A stretch of DNA of 64,000 nucleotides, taken from Epithemia pelagica. Lineage: Eukaryota > Protista > Bacillariophyta. Positions within the stretch are counted from its first letter, which is position 1, and every line of letters starts with the position of its first letter. This document shows, piece by piece, positions 10,919 through 21,185 of the stretch. Made by a program: the position numbers and the translations under genes. The stretch lies in assembly GCA_946965045.2 (NCBI GenBank), contig OX337235.1:3658001-3722000 (forward strand). The letters are read 5' to 3'. The notes beneath the pieces are model-generated. The model was given only the letters and a program-made list of their open reading frames with translations, had not been told where the DNA came from and made no database searches.

Positions 10919-12121
10919 ATGAGCATAACATCACTGCAAGAACAAGCATGGCAGTCGGGCCTTGTTCTCTTGGACGAGACTGGAGAATGGAATGAAACCG
11001 ACTGGCCTCCTCTTGAGGGTGATGGATGGCGTTCGTATCATGCATCGGTCGTACTGAATCATGCTGATCAGGACAACACCAGGGGACAAACCGTCGTTCT
11101 GTTGGGTGGATATCACCAAGACGGACGTGTCACCAATTCCGTTCTTGTATTGAACTTTACAGAATCCAACAAGAAATGGCGAGAAGGGACACCCATGAAT
11201 AAGACACGTGTAGGACATGCCGCTGTTGTGTGCAACGGAGACGTCTACGTGATGGGAGGATACAATGGGTTTTATTTGGATTGTATCGAACGAATTGACG
11301 TCAACGATCTGCTGCAATCATCTTCGACAGAGAGCAGCACACATGAGAGCAATTGGACGACATTGAATTGTCGCTTATCCACGGCACGAAGCGCATGTTC
11401 TGCTGTTGCGGTTCACAATCGATATATTGTGGTAATGGGTGGATGGAACTGGCGGCAACACTGCTTATCGTCTGTTGATATTGTTGACACCCGCAATCAC
11501 ACTGTCATTGCAGGACCATCCCTTAATCATCCTCGACAAGTTTTTGCCAGTGCCGTCATTGGTCACCGTATCTTTGTCGTTGGAGGCTGCAGAACAAATA
11601 CTTCGGTGGAGTATTTGGAATTTACAAAGCCTTGCGACAATGAGGAGAGAAACGACGACACTTTGTCCACAGTCATTTCCTTCTCGTCCGCTTGGAGGAT
11701 TCATTCTGATTTGGTGCTTTCTGAGCCACGAACTGTTTGTGCAGCTGTCGCTGTGGGATCCTGTCTGGTTGTGGTGGGAGCATTCGGTCGAACCGAGCTA
11801 GTCTTGGATACACACCGCAACCGCGTGTGGAATCTCCCTAAGTTCCGAGATCGCCGCAGACCCGACAACATGGTGGCTCTTGCAGATCAAATTGTTGGGA
11901 TTGTTGGAGGGAAGATTACTGACTCTGGGACATTACCACTCATGGACAAGACTACATGGTGTTTTCGTAAGCTCTGTGATAAACCACTTAACGGATGGTA
12001 TCACTTTTTGGGAAGGATTCGGGAAGGATCGAGTAACCCCACTTTGACAGTAGCCTCTGAAAGTGCGACAGCCAATATCCGCCATGGTGACGAGAACGGC
12101 GGGAAGAAGGATCATAGTTAA
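10919..12121 (+). CDS. Kelch-propeller-only protein K2 (400 aa)
   Basis: Intact ORF paralogous to K1, six kelch blades, divergent C-terminal tail. Confidence 0.92.
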   Translation: MSITSLQEQAWQSGLVLLDETGEWNETDWPPLEGDGWRSYHASVVLNHADQDNTRGQTVVLLGGYHQDGRVTNSVLVLNFTESNKKWREGTPMNKTRVGHAAVVCNGDVYVMGGYNGFYLDCIERIDVNDLLQSSSTESSTHESNWTTLNCRLSTARSACSAVAVHNRYIVVMGGWNWRQHCLSSVDIVDTRNHTVIAGPSLNHPRQVFASAVIGHRIFVVGGCRTNTSVEYLEFTKPCDNEERNDDTLSTVISFSSAWRIHSDLVLSEPRTVCAAVAVGSCLVVVGAFGRTELVLDTHRNRVWNLPKFRDRRRPDNMVALADQIVGIVGGKITDSGTLPLMDKTTWCFRKLCDKPLNGWYHFLGRIREGSSNPTLTVASESATANIRHGDENGGKKDHS

Positions 12122-13978
12122 GAAAGTGGACTACACATTTGCCCTTGAACGCTTGCGTTGGTTTTGTCGTGAAATCGTGAATCAATGGAGAGATCCTGTG
12201 AATCCAATTAGTTTCTAATCAAATAAAATGTTGCAACACGCTGTACCGGAGGACTTGTTTGTGGTCCAAAGGAATATAGAACAGTTAGGGACTTGGATGT
12301 ATTCACTACTGACATACAGCACGTAATAAGCATACACTGTATGTTTATACTCCGGTTGATTGTTTGTTGTCGACTCAATCGATTGGGAGGCATGTCCTCC
12401 AAACCCTATCAGTGCAAGCCGGTGGCATTCCCCACCGATACAATGTATCTATATACTCAGGTTGCTAGTTTGTGGTGGACTCAATCGATCGGTGGGGCAC
12501 TGACAGTTTAAAAAAAAGAGCAGCATTCAATCTCACGCCGTTCTAGCAGGTGGTGTCGATTTCATCCAAGTAATGCGTCTTTGAACGTTTTGGACAACCC
12601 CTCCACTTGTTGCTCTGGCTCTGGTAATCCAATCTCCTGTTCAAAGTACCAGACATTGTTGGTCTCATGGAAAGAGTCTTCGTGACATCGCTAAAAGACA
12701 GTCCTTCTCGTGGACTTGCTCTTGTTGCTGTTCTGTAGCAACCCTCGGTGTCGGTTTTTGTTGCAACTCTCAACGACAGGGACAACTTGAGTCACCGACT
12801 CGGCATCATCTGCAACATCCTAGAAGAGTGATCGTTCGTCTGGTGGTCACTTTCTTTTTTGTTTTTGAAATTTGTGGATTGTCACCGAGACCGCGCCATT
12901 GGAAGAATGCTGTTTGCCGATTCTTGCAAAGGGTGACAGTAACGTTCTTTTGCCTCCAGCACAAAATACCCATTTGAATTGGTCACTGTCTTGGTGCGTT
13001 GGCCTCTTAGGACATCACTACTTAGTTGTCGTTGTTAGTGTTGTGTGTGGTCTTGTTCGCACGTGCGGGTGTCCAGAAGTGTCGTTGTTGGGAGCATGGT
13101 GGTGTCGTCGATTGTCCTGGTTCTTTTGTCGTGATTGTTCGAGGGTGGATCGTTCTGTCGTAATAGGATGAGTCTTTGGGAAGAGTGGTGGCTTGCTCAC
13201 AAAGAGCACTCTTGGATGTTTCTTCCTTTCTCCTGTCATCCACCATGACCGCGTCAACAGACTCCCTGCTTCAAATCATTCCACAAAACTCTTCATTCCA
13301 AAACCCATGGAACTTTTCAACGGAGAACACCAGGGGGCGGTCGGAATGCATCTCCACACCAAACAGTAAGGGACAAGTTCCCATTCATTCTCAAGCTGCC
13401 GAGCCATTTCTGGGAACGGAGGACAAGCAATAAAAGTGGCTTCCTTGTTGCTAGAGTTGTATCCAGAGGGAATTCGACAAAGGGGCAACAAATAGAAAAG
13501 GTCTTCGTAGGACCAAGTAGTGGTGGTGGTGTTTGGTTCCTTGGCATTCGTGCTGTGGGCATTGCCCATGTCTTTGTGGTTTCCTTGTGGTGGCGGGTGT
13601 TATCATGGAACGATGGTAAGGCTGTCTTTCATCGTCATGGCATCTTGGTGCTGCTTCCGGTATGCTGTGACGAGGCCATTGCTGCCGTGAACACTCTTAC
13701 TATGACACTGGTCCCCTTTCGCCGCACATTATCCATGGTACTACCAGGACAAGGACGCGTATATTCGAGAGTCCTTCCCATATCCTTCTCTGATTCACAT
13801 GCTGTGAAATCCTGCGACGAGCCACTGTGGTTTGAGAGCGACTTTTGCGCCGTAAGAAGGATGTGGTTCGTCCTTTGATCCTACAGGTCTTTTACATGGT
13901 TTGTATATTACAAACAAAATCTCTCGGCTCTCGGCCAATGGCTCCGCTCTCGAAGCGTCATCCCTCTACAATAATACT

Positions 13979-14023
13979 CCCAAAGGGTCTTTTGTGCGAG
14001 CCCGTCGGCAACTTCAAATCGAC
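13979..14023 (+). promoter_or_regulatory. Conserved kelch upstream motif, copy 3
   Basis: CCCAAAGGGTCTTTTGTGCGAGCCCGTCGGCAACTTCAAATCGAC upstream of K3. Confidence 0.6.
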
Positions 14024-14251
14024 TCACCCAACCACAATTGTTGGGGGCTTTGGGGGTCTTACGAACGAGAAACGCAAAGGGGGAAATTCCGCCCCCCCAA
14101 AACTCTCACGCTCCACCTTCTGAGAAAAAAAATCGGATTCTATCATAAATATATCAGTCATCATCTGTCACCTCTCACGAACAACCAATAGCAAAACAAC
14201 AAGCAGACAACACCCCCATAAAAGAATGCTTGCCAAAAGTGAAAAGTCACC

Positions 14252-15481
14252 ATGAGCATGGCACTGAAAGAAAAAGCAGGTCAATCGGGCCTTGTCCTTT
14301 CGGACGAGAAATGGAATAATAACGACTTGCCGTCTCTTGAGGGTGGATGGCGTTGGCGCCATGCTTCTGTGGTACTGAATCATCCCGCTAAGGACAAGGA
14401 CATCAATAACATCAATAACAGCAAACAAACGGTCGTCGTGTTGGGAGGAATCAAACAAGGTTGGATTTTTACCAATTCCGTTCTTGTATTGAACTTAACA
14501 GAATCCAACAAGAAATGGCGAGAAGGGACACCCATGAATAAGGGTCGTGAAGGACCTACCGCTGTTGTGTGTAACGGAGGCGTCTACGTGATGGGAGGAG
14601 ACAATGGAGCACATTTGGATTGTATGGAACGAATTGACGTCAATGATCTGCTGCAATCATCTTCGACAGCGAGCAGCACACATGAGAGCAATTGGACGAC
14701 ATTGAATTGTCGCTTATCCACGGCACGAGGAGCATGTTCTGCTGTTGCGGTTCACAATCGATATATTGTGGTAATGGGTGGGTATCACAGGTCGTTAGAC
14801 TCGTCTCTTTCGTCAGTTGAGATTGTAGATACCAACCATCACACTGTCATTCCGGGACCATCCATGGCTGTTCCACGGGTATGGTTTGCCAGTGCCGTCA
14901 TTGGTCACCGTATCTTTGTCGTTGGAGGCAAAAACGGGTACGACGAACTTGACTCGGTAGAGTATTTGGAACTAACAACACATTGCGACAATGACGAGAC
15001 AACGAAGGAGACTACTTCTGCAGTCAGTTCCTTCTCGTCTACTTGGATAATTCATTCTGATTTGGTGCTTTCCAACCCACAAGCATATTGTGCAGCGGTT
15101 GCCCTGGGATCATGTCTTATTATTGCATCGGGAGGACTTTTCAGAGGAACCGTGCAAGTCTTGGATACACACCGCAACTGTGTATGGAATCTCCCAGCAT
15201 TCGGAAAGGGCCGTGAAGTGCGCAGTATGGTGACGTTTGCCAATCAAGTTGCCGTGATTGGTGGAAATCCAGATCCTACCTGTGCGACATTGCCACTAAT
15301 GGACAAGAATACATGGTGCTTTTGTCGACTTTGTGAACAGCCATGGAACGAACGGTATCATTCTCTGGAAGGATCAGGTTCCCAAGATGTTATTGTAACG
15401 GGTAGTATGCGAACTGACAATGAACGACCCTGCATGACCTCGACATTGCCTCGTAAACGAGCATTGCCAAATACTCCCTAG
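14252..15481 (+). CDS. Kelch-propeller-only protein K3 (409 aa)
   Basis: Intact paralogous ORF with six kelch blades. Confidence 0.92.
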   Translation: MSMALKEKAGQSGLVLSDEKWNNNDLPSLEGGWRWRHASVVLNHPAKDKDINNINNSKQTVVVLGGIKQGWIFTNSVLVLNLTESNKKWREGTPMNKGREGPTAVVCNGGVYVMGGDNGAHLDCMERIDVNDLLQSSSTASSTHESNWTTLNCRLSTARGACSAVAVHNRYIVVMGGYHRSLDSSLSSVEIVDTNHHTVIPGPSMAVPRVWFASAVIGHRIFVVGGKNGYDELDSVEYLELTTHCDNDETTKETTSAVSSFSSTWIIHSDLVLSNPQAYCAAVALGSCLIIASGGLFRGTVQVLDTHRNCVWNLPAFGKGREVRSMVTFANQVAVIGGNPDPTCATLPLMDKNTWCFCRLCEQPWNERYHSLEGSGSQDVIVTGSMRTDNERPCMTSTLPRKRALPNTP

Positions 15482-16176
15482 ATGTCATGATGATAAAAAA
15501 AGAATAAAAGCTAGACATGTTGTTCTCAATCGAGTGGCTTATTTTCTACAGTCACAGTTGCAATCCTAGTATAGATAATGGTAACTGAAAAGTAGAGCGA
15601 AAATGTTGCAAGATAGGATCTGTTTGTTTGTTTGTTGTCAGAGGATCATTGAGGATCGCGAATGAATGGGAGGGGCTGTCCCATTCTCCCGCTATCCAGC
15701 CAGGATACGGTTCTCCTTCCGGTTGATTGCCAATTTTCACATGCCCGGTTAAGCTCCTGACGAACTGTCAAAACTTACAAGTGACTATTCAACTGCGCGT
15801 CTCATCTTGATCCTGTTCCAAAAGAGAGTTCAAACTAACAGCAAGAGGATCGCTTTGTACGTTCATTTTAACTCGTCAGCGATGTACTTTGCTCCGGTGC
15901 TTGTGCTTGAACACTTATGATAGACAGTGTGGTTGCGTCGCCATGATGTTCGTGTCTGAGCCAGCTTCCATGACACTAATTTTCTTTTTGGAGGAGAGAA
16001 AGGTGCAATACACCAGTAGTTCATGGTGTGGATTCAATTCCGACAAACTCTTTATTCGCACAGGTGGACTTTGAAAAGAAAGTCAAGTCAAGGTAACGCT
16101 ACCAGGTACTGTCGGTTCCATACTGTTTGTCGTTAGCGGTTAATAAAAGATATACTGTGTAGATTCCGCCACTACA

Positions 16177-19100
16177 TTATATGATGGTTGTTTCCTCCAG
16201 CAGGTCGGCTTCGTCACTTGGTTGCACTGACTCGTCATTGAAAATCATGGTGGTCGTACCAGCTAGCAGCGACATGAGCTCGCCAGTTTCATGGACAATG
16301 ATAGTCTCGTCGATTGACTCCTCGTACCATCGATAAGACTTGATTGCTGTCACCATATCCTGTGGTGACATGTTAGTCATCATGTCTGCATACTTTGAAT
16401 ACTCAGCCATGGCACGATCCACGCAAGTGTTGGAATCCGCACAGAGGAAACCTGTAACGGACGCCAATAGCAACACAACCATGAAGTGTTTCATGACCCA
16501 GCGACTACGAGAAATAGTGTTTACCTTGCTGCATGGAGGTTCCGAGCCACCCACCATGATGTTCATGATCCGAGATCGAGCTTCTTTCATTGATGTCGGC
16601 TTGTCACAGGTGTCGTCATTGTTCGCTCGGGTAGCCAACGTCGAGCGGTTACCGAGTGCTTTCTCATCGCCCATTGAGGTCTTACATGATTTCATGTCCC
16701 AGCTCGAATCTTCGTCGGGTAGACTCGGAAGGGCGATGCGACTCTTTTCCATGATCAATTCTTCACTACTCCAATCGGACGCGCAGGGAGTGGAACTGCG
16801 TTCCGTACTTCGATCCGTACTACTGCGGTCCTCGCCATCGGCTCGATTATCCTCCTGTTCCAACTTGGAGCATTCGTTGCGAACATGACGTTCCCATTCA
16901 TCGGAAATACTGTCGCTGTCGTCAGATCCGCCAGTCATGGTCATATTCGATGTCAGTAATTGGGCACTGGAATGCTCCTCCACTCCTTTCTCTTGCATGT
17001 TGATCATGCTAGGTGCAAGTTGCGTGCGATTCGCTGAAACGCTAGGAACTCGATTCGAGCCTCCAAACTTTTTCATGTACCTCCAGTGGGGTGACTTTGC
17101 TGTCGATTCAGGGCCAGCTTCATCGTTGCTGCTGCTGGAACAATACTGCAGCTGATGGTTGTCCAATAAGGACGCTGTTCCGGCCATTTGAAATCTTCTG
17201 CGGAGAATTGACGAGGGACCAAATTTGGAAGCTTTCTTCAAAAAGCTATTCGTCTTGGTATCTTGTTTGGTAACATCGTTAGCATCCTTGGTACTTTCCG
17301 GCTCTAGGACGTATTCTGATTTTTGAACCAAGACTGGGTTGAAGGAGACGGACTTTTTGACCTTTGGTTTGTCTTCGGTGCTTCGCAGAAAGAGAGGCTC
17401 CCAGAACGTTGTCGTTGTGTTGGGTTTTTGTAAAATTGGTTTCAGCATGACATTGGGAGTACTATCCGCAATGACTGGGGTGGATGGTGTGTTATTGCCT
17501 GCAATGGCCCCATTGTGCCACAAGGGAGAGCAAGTGGGCATTTGATCGAGCAGAGATGGAATGGAACCGTCATTGAGAAGCAATGGGAAGGAAACAGTCT
17601 CTGGACTACCGCAACCGGGTCGACAGTCGTTCAATTGAACTTGCTGTTGTTGCCCCTTGTTGTCTATGGTTGGCTCAAAAAGGGATGGCGGTACCCTAAT
17701 CTCGCCTTCGGAGGAACCACAAGCAACCACTGCAAGAAGCGTCGGAAAAGTTCCTGCAATTTGACTCTCAATCTTGTTCATTTGTTCATCAGAGCTACTA
17801 CTATCTTCATCTTCGTCAGTCTCATTCTCTTCGTCCTGTTTGCCGTGCTCCGACTGGTGAGCAAGCTTGCGACGGTACTCGGCTTCCAAAGGGGAAAAAA
17901 CCATGCCTTGTTGGCTGTCCCCGACTGGGGGTTGGGGAAGGAACACGTCGGATCCCCGTTTCGTAGTGGAAATGGATAGGCATGGCATTGTCGGCACAGG
18001 CGACGCTTGGGCCGGGTCGCCTCCACTGGTGGAACTTGCACCAACGCATACAGGAGTGGAAGCGGATGAGTCCATGACCTTGTTCCAGGAGGTTTCGACC
18101 GAATTCATGTACTGCTGTAGTGTATCCAACACTTGAAGAACATCGTCCCCACGAGGGCTTTGTTTCTCAATCGTTCTGCTGTTTTCTTCACTGTTCGTGG
18201 ATAGAGTAACTTTACTACTCTCGGCAGGACTCTTGTTCAAATTCTTTTCCTCATCCGATGTCGTTCGTTCCTTGTCATTGTTCTCGTCCTGTCTGTCGGA
18301 TTCCGTTTTCTCGTCCTGTTGGCCGTCCTTGACACAGTCTTGTTGCGGGTCTGGTAGTTGCCGCTCTTGGTTGGTCTCCTCGTCCACCACCACTGGCGTC
18401 GTCGTTTGTGGTGGTTGCACCAGGGACAAGGAGGGTCCGACATAGTGGTGTATCATTTCGAAAATGGTATGAATGCCATCTTCCGTCTTGGGTGGTTCGT
18501 TGGTGGTACTGATGTTGTCGGACGTTGTCGTATTACTCTCCGTTGCTGGATCCGCACCACGGGAAGGGAATGGCATTTGGCACGATTCCGCGTTGGAACT
18601 CGGGATGGTGCGGATTCCTTCATTACCCAAATGTCGATCGGAATGGACGACAGTGGGTTGGTCGTGGAGGAGTGTGTGACTGTCTTGTTGTTGTTGGGGG
18701 TCCGGATCCGTCGCGTTGTTGCTGGAAGCGTCCATCTGGTCGTGGTTGCCGTCCTCGTTGTTGTTGTGAGTGGCGGTGTGATCGTTGCAGTGGTTGGAAT
18801 CCTCTTCTTGGCTGGGTGTTGCTGCCACACGTGTTGTCGTCATTGTCGTTGTCGTTGTCGTTGTGGTGGTGTTGGAATCCGGTGTCGTTTTGTCGTGTCG
18901 TCGTAGTGGTGGGCATGGCGGTTTCCCAAAACTTGTCGTCGTCCTTGTCGCTGTTCCTGTCGTTGTCGTCGTGGGAGACGAGTTGGTGGTGGTCCGCACT
19001 CGTGTCCAGGACCGTTCCATCATGGTATCCATGTACTGTTGAATGGTTTCCAACATGGGATGAACGCCGTCCAACGACGACACTGTCGCCGAAGAAGAAG

Positions 19101-20394
19101 AAGAAGAAGAAGAAGAAGAATGGGTGGTGGTGGTGGTGGCTGAGGACATGGTATTCTTCTGGCCACGGGGTTCCTGGGTCGTTGTCCTTGTGGCATGCTC
19201 CTGCGACTGCGACTGCTGTTGGTCGTGTGGTGCTTTTTGTGGCAGAACTGGTGTCGTTGCTGGTGCTCGTCCGGCCGGTTCTTGTGGCAACGAGGAGCTA
19301 TTACTGGCTGAACTGTTGCGTGTGGGAGGTGGATTCTTGGGATGGTGGTTGGTATGGCTATTACTACCACAGCTCAAAAGTGGTGCCGGACGACGACCAA
19401 ACGAGGCTTGTTCGAATCCGCCACACTTGCGATCCATGGTCCGAATCCTGCGTGGGACGGTCGTGGCGGTCAGTTGGACCCATAGGGGTTCCTCGTTGGT
19501 TTCTTCTTGTGCTGCTGCTGCCTGTGGTTGTGGTGAAGAATGGGGTTGGGATTGTGAATTGGTCCCGTGTGTGCCATTCCTGGTAGACGGACGATTGGGA
19601 GGTGGGACGGTGGCTGTTGCGGCGGCTCCTGGAGGTTCTTGTTCTTGTGGTTGCTGTTCTTGTTCTTCGACATTGGAAAAGGAGGACACCAAGGACGGAG
19701 AGAGGGGCAAGGTTACCATGCCAATCATGGTGGGAGACTGTCGTGGACGACGGCCAGGAGGAGACGATGATTTGGCACGAGTACGAGACATTTGGTTGGG
19801 ACCGTAATGGCCCTGGCCATGACGACGACGCTGACGACTCGTGTGGGACTGTCGTCGATGGGGAGGCTGTGAACGACGACGACGACGACGACGCGCCGAA
19901 GCATCATGTGCCGTCGTCGAACGAGACGAACCAATGCGAGAAGCAGTTGTCGTTGTCGTTCCAGGATCCACCACCGGAGAAGGACGGTTGCCATGAGGAG
20001 TAGGAGGAGGATCCTTGCCACCCGGAGGATCCTGGTGGTGGTTGTGGTTGTTGTTGTTGTTGGTGGTAGTGGGCAAGGAAGGTTGTGGAGAGGCTCCCGC
20101 AATCATGCGTTGAATGGAAGCCGCCATGTCGTGGGGATCCATGCGTTCTTCGGGTTCGTCGTCCTCGTCCTCGTCGTCACTGCTACTGCTACTGGAAGAC
20201 GACGACGAGGGTGGAGGATCTCGGGGTGCTGGTGCTTCATAACGGGGAAAGGCCGACGGTGCATCGGGCAGTTGTGACGATTCGTCGTCGTTGTCGTCGC
20301 GTTGTTGTTGTTGTTGTTGCTGCTGACGTTGTTCAATGAATTGCTGTTGATACCGTCGAATGCTGAATCGTTCCAAGGAATGGGACGACGACAT
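16177..20394 (-). CDS. ~1405-aa low-complexity (S/T/Q/P/D-rich) protein with one C-terminal hydrophobic helix
   Basis: 4.2-kb uninterrupted ORF. First ATG at 20394 (the track starts at an upstream GTG). TM-like segment WVMKHFMVVLLLASVTGFLCA near the C-terminus. Confidence 0.8.
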   Translation of the reverse strand: MSSSHSLERFSIRRYQQQFIEQRQQQQQQQQRDDNDDESSQLPDAPSAFPRYEAPAPRDPPPSSSSSSSSSSDDEDEDDEPEERMDPHDMAASIQRMIAGASPQPSLPTTTNNNNNHNHHQDPPGGKDPPPTPHGNRPSPVVDPGTTTTTASRIGSSRSTTAHDASARRRRRRRSQPPHRRQSHTSRQRRRHGQGHYGPNQMSRTRAKSSSPPGRRPRQSPTMIGMVTLPLSPSLVSSFSNVEEQEQQPQEQEPPGAAATATVPPPNRPSTRNGTHGTNSQSQPHSSPQPQAAAAQEETNEEPLWVQLTATTVPRRIRTMDRKCGGFEQASFGRRPAPLLSCGSNSHTNHHPKNPPPTRNSSASNSSSLPQEPAGRAPATTPVLPQKAPHDQQQSQSQEHATRTTTQEPRGQKNTMSSATTTTTHSSSSSSSSSSATVSSLDGVHPMLETIQQYMDTMMERSWTRVRTTTNSSPTTTTTGTATRTTTSFGKPPCPPLRRHDKTTPDSNTTTTTTTTTMTTTRVAATPSQEEDSNHCNDHTATHNNNEDGNHDQMDASSNNATDPDPQQQQDSHTLLHDQPTVVHSDRHLGNEGIRTIPSSNAESCQMPFPSRGADPATESNTTTSDNISTTNEPPKTEDGIHTIFEMIHHYVGPSLSLVQPPQTTTPVVVDEETNQERQLPDPQQDCVKDGQQDEKTESDRQDENNDKERTTSDEEKNLNKSPAESSKVTLSTNSEENSRTIEKQSPRGDDVLQVLDTLQQYMNSVETSWNKVMDSSASTPVCVGASSTSGGDPAQASPVPTMPCLSISTTKRGSDVFLPQPPVGDSQQGMVFSPLEAEYRRKLAHQSEHGKQDEENETDEDEDSSSSDEQMNKIESQIAGTFPTLLAVVACGSSEGEIRVPPSLFEPTIDNKGQQQQVQLNDCRPGCGSPETVSFPLLLNDGSIPSLLDQMPTCSPLWHNGAIAGNNTPSTPVIADSTPNVMLKPILQKPNTTTTFWEPLFLRSTEDKPKVKKSVSFNPVLVQKSEYVLEPESTKDANDVTKQDTKTNSFLKKASKFGPSSILRRRFQMAGTASLLDNHQLQYCSSSSNDEAGPESTAKSPHWRYMKKFGGSNRVPSVSANRTQLAPSMINMQEKGVEEHSSAQLLTSNMTMTGGSDDSDSISDEWERHVRNECSKLEQEDNRADGEDRSSTDRSTERSSTPCASDWSSEELIMEKSRIALPSLPDEDSSWDMKSCKTSMGDEKALGNRSTLATRANNDDTCDKPTSMKEARSRIMNIMVGGSEPPCSKVNTISRSRWVMKHFMVVLLLASVTGFLCADSNTCVDRAMAEYSKYADMMTNMSPQDMVTAIKSYRWYEESIDETIIVHETGELMSLLAGTTTMIFNDESVQPSDEADLLEETTII

Positions 20395-21185
20395 GATGAT
20401 GATATTGACGATTCCCAAAAACAAAAACAAAAGAAAGCGCTTCACGTTGTGTACCACAAAACTACCTTGTCATGAATGTCGGTACACTTTTTGGAATATC
20501 GTCCTTGTGTTGGGAGGATTTCCAAACTACACACACAGTAATAGATGGAACCGCTCGACATTGACACTGCACGGGATGGGTGATGGACCGAGCCCTGTAC
20601 AATCCATCGCATTCTAGAGTTGTTGTTTGTGTGTGCTGGACAGAGACCAGGGACAAGCGGATGGTTCGCCCGGCGTGTGTGGTCCTTATGGGGACATAAG
20701 TACCTGACAAGTCTTGGTCGGGACCCACTCAAATACCTACACTAAGTATTTGGTTTCGAATGGAGTACATAGAGGACCAGCGACCGTCGGTGATTCGTAT
20801 ATAAAAAGGGGACAATGTGCGACTGCGACAGTCGCACGCCGTTCTTTAACAGTACTTCGGTCCAAACTCCTCGACAACCGTTATTCGCATGACAACGGAT
20901 GGGATTTTTTGTAGATAGAATTGAGTATCTACAAATACCTACCATAGGCTTGACACGCTCGCGTCGAACATTTCGTAAGTACCTCAATCGGACATTCGGT
21001 ACAACGGATGGGATTTCTTCTAAGTATCCAAGGAAACGATCCGCACCTCTTGCATCGTCTCATCTTTTCGAGAGGTGCTGCCACACGCTGTGGCCAGAAA
21101 CACGCCACGAAAGCATCCACAAGAGGAACAAACAAACGACAACAAAAGAACAAGAACAACAACAACAACCACCACCATCCGTACC

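Larger units (their letters stand above)
10644..15720 (+). repeat. Left arm of a large inverted duplication (K2-spacer-K3), partner about 25700-30870
   Basis: Non-coding 12380-13570 matches the reverse complement of about 27740-28900. K3 and K4 share HPAKDKDINN; K2 and K5 share DNTRGQTVVLLGGYH[QE]DGRVTNS. Boundaries are approximate. Confidence 0.8.

Noticed and set aside
13979-14110. Helitron 3' end (GC-rich hairpin)
   Set aside because: No CTRR terminus after the hairpin, no 5' TC boundary shared among copies, and no Rep/helicase in the window.
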